Shown: one piece after another, positions 27,403 to 40,256 of the stretch
Numbering within the stretch: the first letter of the stretch is position 1
Layout of the letters: every line of letters starts with the position of its first letter
From: Fidelibacterota bacterium MT.SAG.2
Lineage (GTDB): Bacteria > Fidelibacterota > SORT01
Direction of reading: 5' to 3'
Assembly (NCBI GenBank): GCA_004402915.1
Contig: SORU01000002.1
Coordinates: forward strand, 28,842 to 92,841
Length of the DNA: 64,000 nt
Notes under the pieces: generated by a model
Seen by the model: the letters and a program-made list of their open reading frames with translations, nothing else
Told to the model about the DNA's origin: nothing
Databases searched by the model: none
Position numbers and translations under genes: made by a program

Positions 27403-30400
27403 TTGAAAAGAGTAAAGGGTCAATTTTTGACTCGGCAGTCCTTCGCTAAGATTCCCGTATCTGTTGATATGCCGAATCTTCTTGACATTCAGCTGTTGTC
27501 GTACGAGGATTTTTTGCAGCAGAGTGTGAAACCCGAGGATAGGGAGAGTAAAGGGCTACAAGCCGTATTTGAGACTGTCTTTCCAATTGAAGACAATCAT
27601 GGAAATTTTAAAATTGAGTTTCTAAATTATTTTGTAACATATCCTAAATACACTGTTGAGGAGTGCCAAGACAGGGGAATGAGTTACAGCGCGCCGCTGA
27701 AAGCGAATCTTCGACTGACGGTGGCGAGTGAAGACGATAAAAACGTTGTTGCCGAAGTTATTGAGCAGGAAGTCTTCTTCGGAAACGTTCCTTATATGAC
27801 AGATCGGGGAACGTTCATCATCAATGGGGCCGAAAGGGTTATCGTCAGCCAGCTGCATCGCTCACCGGGAGTTTTCTTCGATCAGAGTATTCATCCGAAC
27901 GGGACAAGATTGTTCTCGGCAAGGATCATACCTTTCCGCGGGTCATGGGTCGATTTCACTACGGATATTAACGATGCGCTTTTCGCGTTGATAGACAGGC
28001 GAAAGAAGTTTCCCGTAACAACTCTTTTGCGCGCTATCGGCTATTCGACGAACGCCCAAATATTAGAGTTGTTCGGTATGGCAAAAGAGCTCAAGGTCGG
28101 CTCTAAAAATATTTCCGATCATTTTGAGTCCGCCATCGCCGAAAATATAATCAATAAGGAGACGGGCGAGATACTTGCGGAGGCGGGTTCTCCTCTCAAC
28201 GAAGAGGTAGTTGCCATTCTTAAGAAAGAGAAGGTCAGATCCGTAATCATCTTCGACGCTTCAGACGAAAAAGACGCTGAAGTAATCGCCAATACTCTGA
28301 AGAAGGATACTTCCACCGATGAGGAATCGGCGCTTCGGCTTATCTATAAACAATTGAGATCCGGAGAACCGCCGAATATAGAGACTGCGCGGAAATTCGT
28401 TGACAGACTCTTTTTCAGTCCTGCGAAGTACGACCTCGGAAGCGTAGGAAGGTATCGTATAAACAGAAGGTTCGATCTTAAAACGTCTGACGATGTTACG
28501 GTTCTCACCAGAGAAGATATTGTCGCGATAATTAAACATCTGATGGAAGTAAAGAAGGGTAATGAGACCACGGACGACATCGATCATTTAGGAAATAGAC
28601 GGATAAAGACGGTCGGAGAACAGCTCAGCAATCAGTTCAGCATCGCTTTCGCGCGTACTGCGAGGACAATAAAAGAACGCATGAATGTAACCGACGGGGA
28701 AACGCTGACTCCTTCAGACCTCATTAACTCACGGATAATCACTTCCGTAGTCAATACGTTCTTTGGAACAAGTCAGCTTTCGCAGTTCATGGACCAAACA
28801 AACCCGCTCTCGGAATTGACTCACAAGAGGCGTCTGAGCGCACTCGGACCGGGTGGATTGACGAGAGAACGGGCAGGGTTCGAGGTAAGAGACATTCATT
28901 ATACACACTATGGCCGTCTCTGTCCTATCGAGACTCCGGAGGGTCCGAACATCGGACTTATCTCTTCGCTTTGCACATTCGCGAGGATAAATCAACTCGG
29001 ATTTATCGAGACTCCTTATATGAAAGTCAGCCATCACGGTAAATCAAGGGTGACAAAGAAAGTAGTGTTTCTATCAGCCGACGATGAAGAGAAAATGAAG
29101 ATAGCGCAGGCAAATGCTCCGCTGAACGATAAGGGAGAATTCTTAGAATCGACCACTCGTGTGAGATTACGGGCGGATTATCCTCTTGTGGATATCAAAT
29201 CTGTTCAATATATGGACGTTGCTCCTCAGCAGATAGTCAGCGCCGCCGCAGCGTTGATACCGTTCTTGGAGCATGACGATGCTAACCGCGCGCTCATGGG
29301 TTCAAATATGCAGCGGCAGGGTGTTCCGCTTCTCAGACCGGGTACTCCTATAGTAGGAACCGGAATGGAACGGATAGTGGCGATGGATTCCAAGGCGGTA
29401 GTGCTTTCAGACGTCACCGGAGTAGTTCAGAGCGTCTCGGCGGATAAGATAGTCGTACGCAGAGATATATCCGAGTCCGAGGCTCTTCATCAGATCACCG
29501 ATGAAGGGGTACGGGAGTTTGATCTTATCAAATTCCTCCGGACGAACCAGGATACTTGTGTCAATCAAAAGCCTTTAGTCAAGGTCGGCGATAAGGTAAA
29601 AGTCGGTGATGTGTTAGCCGACGGCGCCGCAACCGAAATGGGCGAGCTTGCTCTCGGGCAAAACGTCCTGGTCGCTTTCATGCCATGGAGAGGTTATAAC
29701 TACGAAGACGCAATTGTCGTAAGCCAACGGCTTGCGAGAGATGATGTCTATACTTCTATACATATTGAGGAATACGAGCTTCAGGTCAGAGACACCAAAC
29801 GGGGCGAAGAAGAGCTTACGAGGGAGATACCCAACGTGAGCGAAGAAGCCACGATGAACTTAGATGAAAACGGCGTTATAAGAGTTGGAGCTGAGGTTGA
29901 GCCCGGAACTATCTTAGTAGGTAAGGTGACTCCCAAAGGTGAGACCGATCCCACACCTGAAGAAAAGCTTCTCAAAGCCATCTTCGGAGAGAAGGCGGGC
30001 GACGTAAAGGATGCCTCGCTGAAAGCCTCACCCGGCGTTCATGGAGTAGTGGTCGACACAAAAGTCTTCACACGCCGAAGCAAAGACTTCAAACAGGAAG
30101 AGAAGAAGAAAGCGGCAAAGATAAGTTATGAATTCAACAGGCGGTTGAAATGGCTCCGCGAGCTTCGTAACGCGAAATTGACGAAGATCTTGGAAGGCAA
30201 AAAGAGCATGAGCTTACGCGATGTTGAAACCGGAAAGAGCGTTCTGAAAGCCGGTCTCGAGTATAACGCCGACCGAATTGATTCGATAGATTTCGACAAT
30301 GTCAGCAAGGATACTCCTTGGACAGATAACACTGAAGCCAACGAATCTGTCTTCAAATTAATGAAGAACTACGAAACAAAAGTTACCCAATTAAATGAAG

Positions 30401-31179
30401 AGAGAGATAGGGAATCGTTCAAGCTCAAGGCGGGTGACGATCTTCCCCCCGGAATAATTCAGCTGGTAAAGGTTTATATCGCCTCGAAGAGAAAGATTTC
30501 GGTGGGTGATAAGATGGCAGGACGCCATGGTAACAAGGGTGTTGTGGCAGAGATAGTGCCGATAGAAGATATGCCTCACTTGAAAGACGGCACACCGATA
30601 GATATGATCCTTAATCCGTTAGGCGTTCCCTCACGTATGAATTTAGGGCAGATCTACGAAACTCTGCTCGGATACGCAGGATTCAAACTCGGTGTTTATT
30701 ATGAGACTCCGGTGTTTGACGGCGCCCAAGCTTCAGAGGTTGCTGATGAGTTGAAGAAAGCGGGGATCCCCGAAGACGGCAAGATTGAACTTTATGACGG
30801 AATCACAGGTGAGAAATTCGATCAAAGAGTGACGGTAGGAAAGATATATATGCTGAAACTCTCTCACCTTGTTGACGATAAAATGCACTCACGTTCAACC
30901 GGACCCTATTCACTTATAACTCAGCAGCCGTTAGGCGGGAAGGCGCAGTTCGGCGGGCAGCGGTTCGGAGAAATGGAAGTATGGGCTCTTGAAGCTTACG
31001 GAGCTGCTCACACACTCCAGGAGATGTTGACGATAAAATCCGATGATGTCGAAGGCAGATCGAAGACTTATGAGGCTCTTGTCAAAGGTCAGAACCTGCC
31101 TGAACCCGGTATCCCTGAATCTTTCAACGTGCTGTTACGAGAGCTGATGGGCTTAGGATTAGACATTGAACTTAGATAG
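27403..31179 (+). CDS. rpoB: RNA polymerase beta subunit
   Basis: SQLSQFMDQTNPL, GDKMAGRHGNKG, GGQRFGEMEVWALEAYGA. Confidence 0.99.
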   Translation: MKRVKGQFLTRQSFAKIPVSVDMPNLLDIQLLSYEDFLQQSVKPEDRESKGLQAVFETVFPIEDNHGNFKIEFLNYFVTYPKYTVEECQDRGMSYSAPLKANLRLTVASEDDKNVVAEVIEQEVFFGNVPYMTDRGTFIINGAERVIVSQLHRSPGVFFDQSIHPNGTRLFSARIIPFRGSWVDFTTDINDALFALIDRRKKFPVTTLLRAIGYSTNAQILELFGMAKELKVGSKNISDHFESAIAENIINKETGEILAEAGSPLNEEVVAILKKEKVRSVIIFDASDEKDAEVIANTLKKDTSTDEESALRLIYKQLRSGEPPNIETARKFVDRLFFSPAKYDLGSVGRYRINRRFDLKTSDDVTVLTREDIVAIIKHLMEVKKGNETTDDIDHLGNRRIKTVGEQLSNQFSIAFARTARTIKERMNVTDGETLTPSDLINSRIITSVVNTFFGTSQLSQFMDQTNPLSELTHKRRLSALGPGGLTRERAGFEVRDIHYTHYGRLCPIETPEGPNIGLISSLCTFARINQLGFIETPYMKVSHHGKSRVTKKVVFLSADDEEKMKIAQANAPLNDKGEFLESTTRVRLRADYPLVDIKSVQYMDVAPQQIVSAAAALIPFLEHDDANRALMGSNMQRQGVPLLRPGTPIVGTGMERIVAMDSKAVVLSDVTGVVQSVSADKIVVRRDISESEALHQITDEGVREFDLIKFLRTNQDTCVNQKPLVKVGDKVKVGDVLADGAATEMGELALGQNVLVAFMPWRGYNYEDAIVVSQRLARDDVYTSIHIEEYELQVRDTKRGEEELTREIPNVSEEATMNLDENGVIRVGAEVEPGTILVGKVTPKGETDPTPEEKLLKAIFGEKAGDVKDASLKASPGVHGVVVDTKVFTRRSKDFKQEEKKKAAKISYEFNRRLKWLRELRNAKLTKILEGKKSMSLRDVETGKSVLKAGLEYNADRIDSIDFDNVSKDTPWTDNTEANESVFKLMKNYETKVTQLNEERDRESFKLKAGDDLPPGIIQLVKVYIASKRKISVGDKMAGRHGNKGVVAEIVPIEDMPHLKDGTPIDMILNPLGVPSRMNLGQIYETLLGYAGFKLGVYYETPVFDGAQASEVADELKKAGIPEDGKIELYDGITGEKFDQRVTVGKIYMLKLSHLVDDKMHSRSTGPYSLITQQPLGGKAQFGGQRFGEMEVWALEAYGAAHTLQEMLTIKSDDVEGRSKTYEALVKGQNLPEPGIPESFNVLLRELMGLGLDIELR

Positions 31180-31218
31180 ATATGATTACGAGGCTGATTT
31201 ACCCCTTAGGAGGATAGT

Positions 31219-34200
31219 TTGGCATATATAAAACCACGACAGGCGAAGTTTAAAGAAGAATTCACCGAAATAATTATTTCTCTTGCTTCTCCCGATGCAA
31301 TACTTTCCCGTTCTTACGGTGAAGTGCTTAAACCGGAGACGATAAATTACCGTACCTATAAACCGGAGAAGGACGGGCTGTTCTGCGAGAAGATCTTCGG
31401 TCCGGTCAAAGACTGGGAATGTCACTGCGGAAAATATAAGAGGCCGCGTTACAAGGGGATCATCTGTGACCGGTGCGGAGTCGAAATAACCCGCAAGAAA
31501 GTCCGGAGAGAGCGGATGGGACACATCACTTTAGCGGTACCGATAGTCCACATCTGGTATCTCCGCTCGATACCGAGCAAGATCAGCTACGTCTTGGGGA
31601 TGTCGGTCAAGGAACTCGAAAAGATAGTTTATTATGAGAACCATGTTGTTGTAGCTCCCGGCAGGACGACTTTAGACAAAAATCAGCTCCTGACGGAAGA
31701 GGAATACAATGAAGTTATTGAGGAGTTCGGCGAAGAGATAGAAGAAGGCGATGAACCGCTGATAGTTGAAACGGGCGGTGACGCCATCCGAAAAATGCTC
31801 TCCATTATAGTGGTGCCGGACCTTATGGCAGAATTGCATGAGAAGGTTCTTACCGAGACTTCTGTTCAGCGGAAGAATGATGCTCTCAAACGGCTCCGTG
31901 TTGTGAAAGCCTTCGCGGAAAAAGAAGGCAAGAAGTTGAACAAACCTGCGTGGATGGTGATGAACATCATTCCTGTAATACCTCCGGAACTCAGACCTCT
32001 CGTGCCACTTGACGGCGGCAGGTTCGCCACAAGCGACCTTAACGATCTTTACCGGCGCGTCATCATACGTAATAATCGTTTGAAGCAGCTCATGGAAATA
32101 CGCGCTCCCGAGGTCATCTTGAGAAACGAAAAACGGATGCTTCAGGAAGCGGTGGATTCACTTTTTGATAACTCGCGCAGACGCACAGCGGTGAGAAGCG
32201 GCACACGAAGGCTGCTTAAGAGCCTTTCAGATATGCTCAAAGGGAAACAGGGCAGGTTCCGCCAAAATCTACTCGGTAAACGAGTGGATTATTCGGGACG
32301 TTCGGTAATTGTTGTCGGACCGGACTTGCAAATGCATCAATGCGGATTGCCGAAAGAGATGGCGATAGAGTTATTCAAGCCGTTTATCATCAACAAACTT
32401 ATTGAGCGCGGCTATCAGAATACAGTCAAGGGCGCAAAAAGAATGGTCGAGGGGAAAGACCCCCAAATATGGGATGTCTTAGAAGAGGTGATCGAAGATC
32501 ATCCCGTTCTTCTCAATCGCGCGCCTACCCTTCACAGGCTCGGAATACAGGCATTTCAACCCGTTCTGGTCGAGGGAAGAGCTATTCGAATTCATCCGCT
32601 TGTCACTACGGCGTTCAACGCTGACTTTGACGGTGACCAGATGGCGGTACATATTCCGCTTTCAGTTGAAGCTCAACTCGAAGCCCGCGTGCTGATGCTT
32701 TCGAGTCACAACATTCTTTCTCCGGCGCACGGTATGCCGATCGCGCTGCCTTCGCAGGACATGGTATTGGGATGCTACTATCTGACGAAGACTCTTCCCG
32801 GCGCGAAGGGTGAAGGTATGGTTCTCAGCTCTACATCAGAGGCGATTATCGCATATGATCATAAAGAGATAGCATTACATGCCATTGTAAAGGTGCGGAT
32901 GAACGGCGAGCTCGTTGAGACGACCGCTGGCAGGGTTATTTTTAACACTGTAGTTCCGGAAACTTTGGAGTATGTGAATAGGGTAGTTACTAAAAAGCAT
33001 CTTGAAAAGATTGTGGGTGAAGCATTCAGATTGTCTGGTAACTATGAGACTGTCAAATTCCTTGACGGGTTGAAGAGACTCGGCTTTGAACATGCGACAA
33101 TGGGCGGAATCTCTTTCGGTCTCGGTGATGTGGTCATCCCTCCGGAGAAAGATGCATTGGTGGAATCTGCCCGGAAGCAGGTCGATCAGATCATGGCGCA
33201 ATACGATGCGGAGATCATTACCGACGGCGAGCGGTATAATAAAGTGATCGATATTTGGACCACCACGAGTTTGAAGATAGGCGACGCTATGATGACTCAC
33301 CTCAAGGAAGCGGATCACGGATTTAATCCTGTTTATATGATGTCCGATTCCGGCGCAAGAGGAAACAAAGAGCAGATCCGGCAGTTAGCCGGTATGCGCG
33401 GACTTATGGCGAAACCGCAGAAGAGTCTCACGGGCGGCACCGGTGAGATCATTGAAAATCCGATCGTATCGAACTTCAAAGAAGGGCTTACAGTACTTGA
33501 ATACTTTATTTCGACGCATGGCGCGCGAAAAGGACTTGCCGATACTGCATTGAAAACAGCCGATGCGGGTTATCTCACAAGACGGTTGGTTGACGTAGCT
33601 CAGGATATGGTAATTCTCGAAGAGGATTGCAAAACAATTCGTGGAATTTCAATCTCTGCTCTTAAAGAAGGTGAAGAGGTCAAAGAGCTTCTTAAGGACA
33701 GAGTCCTTGGAAGGGTTTCGCTTGACGACGTTTACGATCCGATAACAGAAGAATTTATCGTGGGCGCAGGCAAGGAGATAGTTGAAGCCGTAGCTGATAA
33801 GATTGAAAACAGTTCGGTCGAAACAATGTCGATCCGTTCTGCGTTGACCTGTGAAGCCAAGCGCGGTCTTTGCGTTCGCTGCTATGGCCGAAATCTCACT
33901 ACAGGGAAGATGGCGAATATCGGGGAGGCAGTCGGTATCATGGCTGCCCAAAGTATCGGAGAGCCGGGAACACAGCTGACTCTTCGTACATTCCACGTCG
34001 GCGGTATCGCAAGCGTCATCGCCGCCAGGACCGAGATGAACGCCAAGGTAGCGGGAATTATAAAATATGATAAGGGTCTTAAAGTCACAAAGAAGAGGAA
34101 AGAGGGAAGAATTGCCCTTACAAGGAATTCCAGGATACATATCATAAACAATGACGGTCAAAATCTTGTGAACTATAACGTTCCTTACGGAGCGGGCGTC

Positions 34201-35475
34201 CTCAAGAGGGACGGCGCGAAGATAGAAAAGGATGAAGTGATATTCAAGTGGGACCCGGATATGGATGTAATCCTTGCTCCGGAAGACGGCAAGGTCAAAT
34301 TCCACGAGATAATCGAGGGACAGACACTGCGCGAGGAATCTGATGAAGCGGGTCGTAAACAGCGATTTATCATTGAATCGAGAGACAAAAAACTTTCGCC
34401 GAAGATAGAGATATCGGCAAAGGGGAAGAAATCTCCATCGAGCTCGAGGATCCCTGTCCGTTCACAGCTCATGGTAGTCGATGGACAGACTGTAGTACAG
34501 GGCGACATACTTATCAAGAAGCGTCGTGAAAGCAGGAAAGCCGGCGATATTACCGGCGGTCTTCCGAGAGTTGCGGAACTCTTCGAGGCGAGACAGCCTA
34601 AAGAACCCGCCGTCGTGACCGAAATTGACGGTGTCGTGAGTTACGGTAAGTTGAAACGAGGTGTGCAGGAGATCTATATCAACGAGGGACATGAAGAAGA
34701 TGAGAAGAAATATAATATTCCATACGGAAAACATATTCTTGTGCATCCGGGTGATATAGTTATTGCCGGCGAGGCATTGTCTGAAGGGTCGATCGTGCCG
34801 CAGGATATTCTGAGCATTCTCGGACCGGGTCGAGTTCAAGAGTATTTGGTGGATGAGATTCAGGCTGTTTACCGATTCCAAGATGTGCGTATCAACGATA
34901 AGCATATTGAGGTCATAGTCAGGCAGATGATGCAGAAGCTCGAAGTTGAAGATCCGGGCGATACCGATTATCTTGAGGGCGATCGTGTAAATAAGGTTGC
35001 CTTCCTTAAAGAGAACATTAAGATGGAAGGGATCGTTGTGATCACCGATTCAGGCGACTCCAAAATCGCTGTCGGTGAGATCTTGGATAAAGAACGCTTT
35101 AAACAAACCAACGAACGCTTGAAGAAGGTAAAGAAAGCTCCCATGAAATCGCGCCCTGCTAAGCAGGCAACATCGAAACCGCTGCTCCTCGGGATTACCA
35201 GAGCCTCACTCAACACTGACAGCTTCATCTCCGCAGCTTCATTCCAGGAGACTACAAGAGTGCTTACGGATGCGGCTGTAGCGAGTAAGGTAGATCCGCT
35301 GAGAGGGTTGAAAGAAAACGTTATTATGGGACGATTGATACCTGCCGGAACAGGAACAATAAACATGAAAGATATGGAACTGATAGTCGACGATGATATT
35401 AAAACCGGTGTCAGCGAACAGATATCCGAATTGGAAGAGAAGGAAGCCGATGGAGTGGAAGAAAAAAGTCTGTAA
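31219..35475 (+). CDS. rpoC: RNA polymerase beta' subunit
   Basis: NADFDGDQM catalytic motif, Zn ribbon, SAASFQET. Confidence 0.99.
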   Translation: MAYIKPRQAKFKEEFTEIIISLASPDAILSRSYGEVLKPETINYRTYKPEKDGLFCEKIFGPVKDWECHCGKYKRPRYKGIICDRCGVEITRKKVRRERMGHITLAVPIVHIWYLRSIPSKISYVLGMSVKELEKIVYYENHVVVAPGRTTLDKNQLLTEEEYNEVIEEFGEEIEEGDEPLIVETGGDAIRKMLSIIVVPDLMAELHEKVLTETSVQRKNDALKRLRVVKAFAEKEGKKLNKPAWMVMNIIPVIPPELRPLVPLDGGRFATSDLNDLYRRVIIRNNRLKQLMEIRAPEVILRNEKRMLQEAVDSLFDNSRRRTAVRSGTRRLLKSLSDMLKGKQGRFRQNLLGKRVDYSGRSVIVVGPDLQMHQCGLPKEMAIELFKPFIINKLIERGYQNTVKGAKRMVEGKDPQIWDVLEEVIEDHPVLLNRAPTLHRLGIQAFQPVLVEGRAIRIHPLVTTAFNADFDGDQMAVHIPLSVEAQLEARVLMLSSHNILSPAHGMPIALPSQDMVLGCYYLTKTLPGAKGEGMVLSSTSEAIIAYDHKEIALHAIVKVRMNGELVETTAGRVIFNTVVPETLEYVNRVVTKKHLEKIVGEAFRLSGNYETVKFLDGLKRLGFEHATMGGISFGLGDVVIPPEKDALVESARKQVDQIMAQYDAEIITDGERYNKVIDIWTTTSLKIGDAMMTHLKEADHGFNPVYMMSDSGARGNKEQIRQLAGMRGLMAKPQKSLTGGTGEIIENPIVSNFKEGLTVLEYFISTHGARKGLADTALKTADAGYLTRRLVDVAQDMVILEEDCKTIRGISISALKEGEEVKELLKDRVLGRVSLDDVYDPITEEFIVGAGKEIVEAVADKIENSSVETMSIRSALTCEAKRGLCVRCYGRNLTTGKMANIGEAVGIMAAQSIGEPGTQLTLRTFHVGGIASVIAARTEMNAKVAGIIKYDKGLKVTKKRKEGRIALTRNSRIHIINNDGQNLVNYNVPYGAGVLKRDGAKIEKDEVIFKWDPDMDVILAPEDGKVKFHEIIEGQTLREESDEAGRKQRFIIESRDKKLSPKIEISAKGKKSPSSSRIPVRSQLMVVDGQTVVQGDILIKKRRESRKAGDITGGLPRVAELFEARQPKEPAVVTEIDGVVSYGKLKRGVQEIYINEGHEEDEKKYNIPYGKHILVHPGDIVIAGEALSEGSIVPQDILSILGPGRVQEYLVDEIQAVYRFQDVRINDKHIEVIVRQMMQKLEVEDPGDTDYLEGDRVNKVAFLKENIKMEGIVVITDSGDSKIAVGEILDKERFKQTNERLKKVKKAPMKSRPAKQATSKPLLLGITRASLNTDSFISAASFQETTRVLTDAAVASKVDPLRGLKENVIMGRLIPAGTGTINMKDMELIVDDDIKTGVSEQISELEEKEADGVEEKSL

Positions 35476-35490
35476 ATTGGCTGAAAAAGG

Positions 35491-35518
35491 TTGACAATAA
35501 TGTTTATTCTATTACCTT
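35491..35518 (+). promoter_or_regulatory. str operon promoter
   Basis: TTGACA-16 bp-TACCTT upstream of rpsL. Confidence 0.6.
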
Positions 35519-35555
35519 TAATCGGCTTTACAAGAAACGGATAAAAAAGGATGAT

Positions 35556-35927
35556 ATGCCGACAATAAGTCAGTTGATTAGAAAAGGTCGTTCGACGAAG
35601 AAGAAGAAAACTTCGGCGCCGGCGCTTGCCGGTTCTCCTCAAAAAAGAGGCGTTTGCACGCGAGTTTACACGACCACTCCGAAGAAACCGAATTCGGCTC
35701 TGCGAAAAGTGGCGAGAGTCCGTCTGACAAACGGTTTTGAGGTTACCGCCTACATTCCGGGTGAAGGACACAACCTTCAAGAGCACTCTATCGTGCTCAT
35801 CGAAGGCGGAAGAGTAAAAGACCTTCCGGGAGTCAGGTATCATATCATCCGAGGCACGCTCGACACAAGCGGCGTAGATGACAGAAAAACCAGCCGTTCA
35901 CGATACGGCACAAAAAAACCGAAATAA
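35556..35927 (+). CDS. rpsL: 30S ribosomal protein S12
   Basis: [21 protein letters not shown]. Confidence 0.99.
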   Translation: MPTISQLIRKGRSTKKKKTSAPALAGSPQKRGVCTRVYTTTPKKPNSALRKVARVRLTNGFEVTAYIPGEGHNLQEHSIVLIEGGRVKDLPGVRYHIIRGTLDTSGVDDRKTSRSRYGTKKPK

Positions 35928-35933
35928 TAAGAT

Positions 35934-36407
35934 ATGGCTCGAAGAAGAAGACCTGAAAAACGATTAATACTCCCCGATCCTAGGTTCGGGGATCTGGTGA
36001 TCAGTAAGTTCATAAACAACCTGATGATGAAGGGTAAAAAGAGCATAGCAGAAACGATCTTTTATGACTCTCTCGAGATCATATCAAGTAAGCTCAAAAC
36101 CGATGCACCGGAAGAGATATTCAAAAAGGCTTTGGAAAACGCCACACCAATGTTAGAAGTCCGTTCCCGCAGGATCGGCGGTTCGACCTATCAGGTGCCG
36201 ATAGAAGTAAACCCGAAGAGAAAACAGGCATTGGCAATGAGATGGCTTATAGATTTCTCCCGTTTAGGCAATGGCAAGAGCATGGCTATAAAATTAGCGA
36301 ACGAACTGATCTCTGCCTCGAAGAACGAAGGTCCAACTATTGAAAAGAAGAAGAACACCCATAAGATGGCTGAGGCGAACAAGGCGTTCGCTCACTTCAG
36401 GGTTTAA
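35934..36407 (+). CDS. rpsG: 30S ribosomal protein S7
   Basis: RRIGGSTYQVP, HKMAEANKAFAH. Confidence 0.98.
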   Translation: MARRRRPEKRLILPDPRFGDLVISKFINNLMMKGKKSIAETIFYDSLEIISSKLKTDAPEEIFKKALENATPMLEVRSRRIGGSTYQVPIEVNPKRKQALAMRWLIDFSRLGNGKSMAIKLANELISASKNEGPTIEKKKNTHKMAEANKAFAHFRV

Positions 36408-36422
36408 GAGAATTTAGGAACA

Positions 36423-38504
36423 ATGAGCTCAAGGCAGGAATTAGAGAAAGTTCGTAATATAGGCATCATGGCTCACATAGATGCCGGTAAAACAACGACG
36501 ACTGAGCGGATACTCTTTTATACCGGTAAACTTCACCGGATGGGCGAGGTGCATGACGGCGCCGCGACCATGGATTGGATGGAGCAGGAAAAAGAGAGAG
36601 GCATCACCATCACGAGCGCAGCGACAACCTGCGAGTGGGAAGGCCACAAAATAAATATCATAGATACACCCGGGCATGTTGATTTCACGATGGAGGTCGA
36701 GAGGTCTCTCCGTGTACTTGACGGAGCCGTCGCGCTTTTTTGCGCTGTAGGGGGAGTCGAACCGCAATCGGAAACGGTTTGGAGCCAGGCGGACAAGTAT
36801 AAGATACCGCGGATCGCCTTCGTCAATAAGATGGACCGGGTAGGGGCTGATTTCAAATATGTAGTGGATATGATAAAAGAACGGTTAGGAGCGAATCCGC
36901 TTCCTCTTGTGCTGCCTATAGGCGCGGGAGAGATGTTCAACGGTATCATCGATCTACTTGAAATGAGAACGGTCATCTACAGCCAAAGTTCGCAGGGTAT
37001 GACCTTCGATTACGGTGAAATTCCCAACGAGATGTTGGCGGAAGCCGAAGAGGCGAGAAAGCATCTGATGGAGGAGACCGCCACATTCGATGACAGCCTA
37101 TTAGAAGATTATCTCGAAGGTAACGAGATCACAGTCGAAAGAGTGATCGCGGCGTTGAGAAAAGCAACTATCGCCAATCAGGTTGTTCCTGTTATTTGCG
37201 GCTCCGCATTCAAGAATCAAGGCGTTCAGCGTCTTTTGGACGCAGTTAATCATTTTCTTCCTTCTCCTCTTGATGTACCTCCGACAATCGGTCATCACCC
37301 GTATTCGGATGATGAGGTCGAGCGTAAACCGAGCGATGACGAACCGTTCACCGCTTTGGCTTTTAAGATAGTTACCGATCCGTTCGTAGGGCGATTAACC
37401 TATGTTCGTGTTTATTCCGGTGTCATAGAAAAGGGCCAGCACGTATACAATAACACTACAGGCAAGAAAGAGCGTATAAGCAGAATACTTCTTATGCATG
37501 CCAATAAGAGAGAGGATCTGAAGATCGCCAGCACAGGCGATATTTGCGCGATGGTCGGACTTAACAAGACTAAAACAGGGGACACTATCAGCGAAAAGGA
37601 TCATCCGATAATCCTTGAATCGATGAATTTCCCCGAGCCGGTCATATCGGTTGCAATAGAACCTGTATCCAAGGCGGATCAGGATTCCCTTTCGACCGGA
37701 TTGACAAAACTCTCGGAAGAAGACCCGACATTCAGGATAAAGACCAACGAAGATACGGGACAGACAATAATTTCGGGTATGGGTGAACTTCACCTCGAGA
37801 TTCTCGTTGACAGGCTTCTTAGAGAATTCAAGGTAGCAGCGAAAGTCGGTCGTCCGCAGGTCGCGTACAAAGAATCTATCACCAAACTGGTGGAAGCGGA
37901 AGGTAAATTCGTGCGTCAGAGCGGCGGCAGAGGACAGTACGGACATTGTAATATTATACTCGAACCGAGTGAACCGGGCAAAGAATTTGAATTTATAAAT
38001 AAGATAGTCGGCGGATCGATTCCGAAAGAATATATTTCGTCGGTTGCAAAAGGGATCGAAGAAGCGATGTCGAACGGCGTGATAGCGGGTTTCCCGCTTA
38101 TTGACGTGAAGGTCACATTGGTTGACGGTTCTTATCATGATGTTGATTCCTCTGAGATAGCATTCAAGGTAGCAGGTTCCATGGCATTGAAATCAGGAGC
38201 GAAGAAAGCGTCTCCGATCCTGTTAGAACCTATTATGGCAGTTGAGTCGGTCACTCCCGACGAATATCTCGGCGATGTGGTAGGCGACATTACCGCCCGC
38301 AGAGGAAAAATACTAAGTATGACTCCACGTAACAAGGTGCAGGTGGTTGCGGCAACCGTACCGCTTGCTAAAATGTTCGGATATGCGACGGATCTTAGAT
38401 CTATGACACAGGGGAGAGCGGTATTCAGTATGCAATTTTCCCATTACGAGAAGATGCCGAAACAGGTTGAGGAAAAGATCCTCGAAACTATAGGCGCGGC
38501 ATAG
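36423..38504 (+). CDS. fusA: Elongation factor G
   Basis: [33 protein letters not shown]. Confidence 0.99.
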   Translation: MSSRQELEKVRNIGIMAHIDAGKTTTTERILFYTGKLHRMGEVHDGAATMDWMEQEKERGITITSAATTCEWEGHKINIIDTPGHVDFTMEVERSLRVLDGAVALFCAVGGVEPQSETVWSQADKYKIPRIAFVNKMDRVGADFKYVVDMIKERLGANPLPLVLPIGAGEMFNGIIDLLEMRTVIYSQSSQGMTFDYGEIPNEMLAEAEEARKHLMEETATFDDSLLEDYLEGNEITVERVIAALRKATIANQVVPVICGSAFKNQGVQRLLDAVNHFLPSPLDVPPTIGHHPYSDDEVERKPSDDEPFTALAFKIVTDPFVGRLTYVRVYSGVIEKGQHVYNNTTGKKERISRILLMHANKREDLKIASTGDICAMVGLNKTKTGDTISEKDHPIILESMNFPEPVISVAIEPVSKADQDSLSTGLTKLSEEDPTFRIKTNEDTGQTIISGMGELHLEILVDRLLREFKVAAKVGRPQVAYKESITKLVEAEGKFVRQSGGRGQYGHCNIILEPSEPGKEFEFINKIVGGSIPKEYISSVAKGIEEAMSNGVIAGFPLIDVKVTLVDGSYHDVDSSEIAFKVAGSMALKSGAKKASPILLEPIMAVESVTPDEYLGDVVGDITARRGKILSMTPRNKVQVVAATVPLAKMFGYATDLRSMTQGRAVFSMQFSHYEKMPKQVEEKILETIGAA

Positions 38505-38536
38505 TCCGGTGAAGCAATTAAACCAGGAGGAGATCG

Positions 38537-39727
38537 ATGGCTAAGGAAAAGTTTGAGAGGACAAAGCCACACGTAAATGTCGGTACTATCGGTCACGTTG
38601 ACCATGGAAAGACGACGTTGACCTCGGCGATCACAATGTATTTGAGTAAGAAAGGACTGGCTGACGCCCGTACCTTCGATTCTATTGATAACGCTCCTGA
38701 AGAGCGTGAAAGAGGGATCACCATAGCCACGGCGCACGTCGAGTATGAAACGGAAGCTCGTCATTACGCTCATGTTGACTGTCCCGGTCATGCCGACTAT
38801 ATAAAGAACATGATAACGGGTGCCGCTCAGATGGACGGCGCTATCCTTGTGGTCTCCGCAGCTGACGGTCCGATGCCTCAGACTCGCGAGCATGTGCTTC
38901 TTGCCCGCCAGGTCAACGTTCCTTCTATTGTAGTGTATCTGAACAAGATCGATATGGTCGACGATCCCGAACTGATAGAGTTGGTGGAACTCGAGTTAAG
39001 AGAGCTTCTCTCCAAGTATGAGTTCCCGGGCGATGAAATACCTATCATTAAAGGGAGCGCACTCGAGGCGCTCAACAATCCCGATGACGCCGAGAAGACG
39101 AAGAGCTTACAGGAGTTGTTGGATGCGATTGATAATTACATTCCGATCCCTGAGCGTGAGATCGACAAACCCTTTTTAATGCCTGTCGAGGATGTATTCT
39201 CCATAACGGGTAGAGGAACTGTAGGCACAGGCAGGATAGAGCGTGGAGTTGTTACGGTAGGCGAAGAGATGGAGATGGTCGGTCTTAACGCCGAAGGAAA
39301 GACTACTATCACGGGCGTAGAGATGTTCCGTAAGCTTCTCGACAGAGGCGAGGCAGGCGATAACGTCGGTCTCCTGATGCGTGGAGTCGACAAGGATTAT
39401 CTGAAACGCGGAATGGTCATAGCCAAACCCGGCAGCATTACTCCTCATACGAAGTTCAAGGCTGAGGTATATATCTTGTCGAAAGACGAGGGCGGCCGTC
39501 ACACACCTTTCTTCAAGGGCTACAGACCGCAGTTTTATTTTAGGACAACCGATGTGACCGGTTTGGTCGAGCTTCCCGAAGGCACGGAGATGGTAATGCC
39601 GGGTGACAGTCTGAGTCTTGAGATCGAGTTAATAATGCCTATAGCGATGGATAAGGAGTTGCGTTTCGCCATCCGTGAAGGTGGACATACGGTCGGAGCG
39701 GGTGTCGTAACGGAGGTGATAAAGTAG
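38537..39727 (+). CDS. tuf: Elongation factor Tu, copy 2
   Basis: Protein identical to 22469-23659. Confidence 0.99.
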   Translation: MAKEKFERTKPHVNVGTIGHVDHGKTTLTSAITMYLSKKGLADARTFDSIDNAPEERERGITIATAHVEYETEARHYAHVDCPGHADYIKNMITGAAQMDGAILVVSAADGPMPQTREHVLLARQVNVPSIVVYLNKIDMVDDPELIELVELELRELLSKYEFPGDEIPIIKGSALEALNNPDDAEKTKSLQELLDAIDNYIPIPEREIDKPFLMPVEDVFSITGRGTVGTGRIERGVVTVGEEMEMVGLNAEGKTTITGVEMFRKLLDRGEAGDNVGLLMRGVDKDYLKRGMVIAKPGSITPHTKFKAEVYILSKDEGGRHTPFFKGYRPQFYFRTTDVTGLVELPEGTEMVMPGDSLSLEIELIMPIAMDKELRFAIREGGHTVGAGVVTEVIK

Positions 39728-39757
39728 TTGATGTATTTAATTAATGATATAGATCAG

Positions 39758-39925
39758 GTGGCGGTCGGGGCAAGCCCCAACTCGCACGGGGAGTTAACGT
39801 CTTTGCGAGGAGTGCAACGACGTGGCAAACTCGAAATTGAACATACCGGAAGACTCTTTACACACCCCGTCTTCTCGATACCTTCGTATCTCGAATCCAC
39901 CCCTCTTGATAGAGGGGAATATTCG
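39758..39925. repeat. REP-like cluster between tuf and rpsJ
   Basis: GTGGCGGTCGGGGCAAGCCCCAACTCGCAC, GTCTTTGCGAGGAG..., TACACACCCCGTCTTCTC...CCCCTCTTGATAGAGGGG (cf. 2201-2260). Confidence 0.8.
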
Positions 39926-39945
39926 TGGTCAGGACAAGGATTATA

Positions 39946-40254
39946 ATGGCTGGACAAACAATAAGAATAAGACTCAAAGCGTATGACTATACATTGGTCG
40001 ATAAATCTACCGCATTGATAATGAAAACGGCGAGGTCAACCGGAGCTGTAGTTTCCGGACCGATTCCGCTTCCAACCCGCAGGACGATTTATACGGTGTT
40101 ACGCTCACCTCACGTTAACAAAAAATCAAGAGAGCAGTTCCAGACAAAGATACATAAGCGTCTACTTGATATATTGAACTCCACACCGAAGACGGTCGAT
40201 GCGTTGATGAAGCTCGATCTTCCATCGGGTGTAGATATCGAGATAAAGGTCTAA
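39946..40254 (+). CDS. rpsJ: 30S ribosomal protein S10
   Basis: [29 protein letters not shown]. Confidence 0.98.
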   Translation: MAGQTIRIRLKAYDYTLVDKSTALIMKTARSTGAVVSGPIPLPTRRTIYTVLRSPHVNKKSREQFQTKIHKRLLDILNSTPKTVDALMKLDLPSGVDIEIKV

Positions 40255-40256
40255 GC

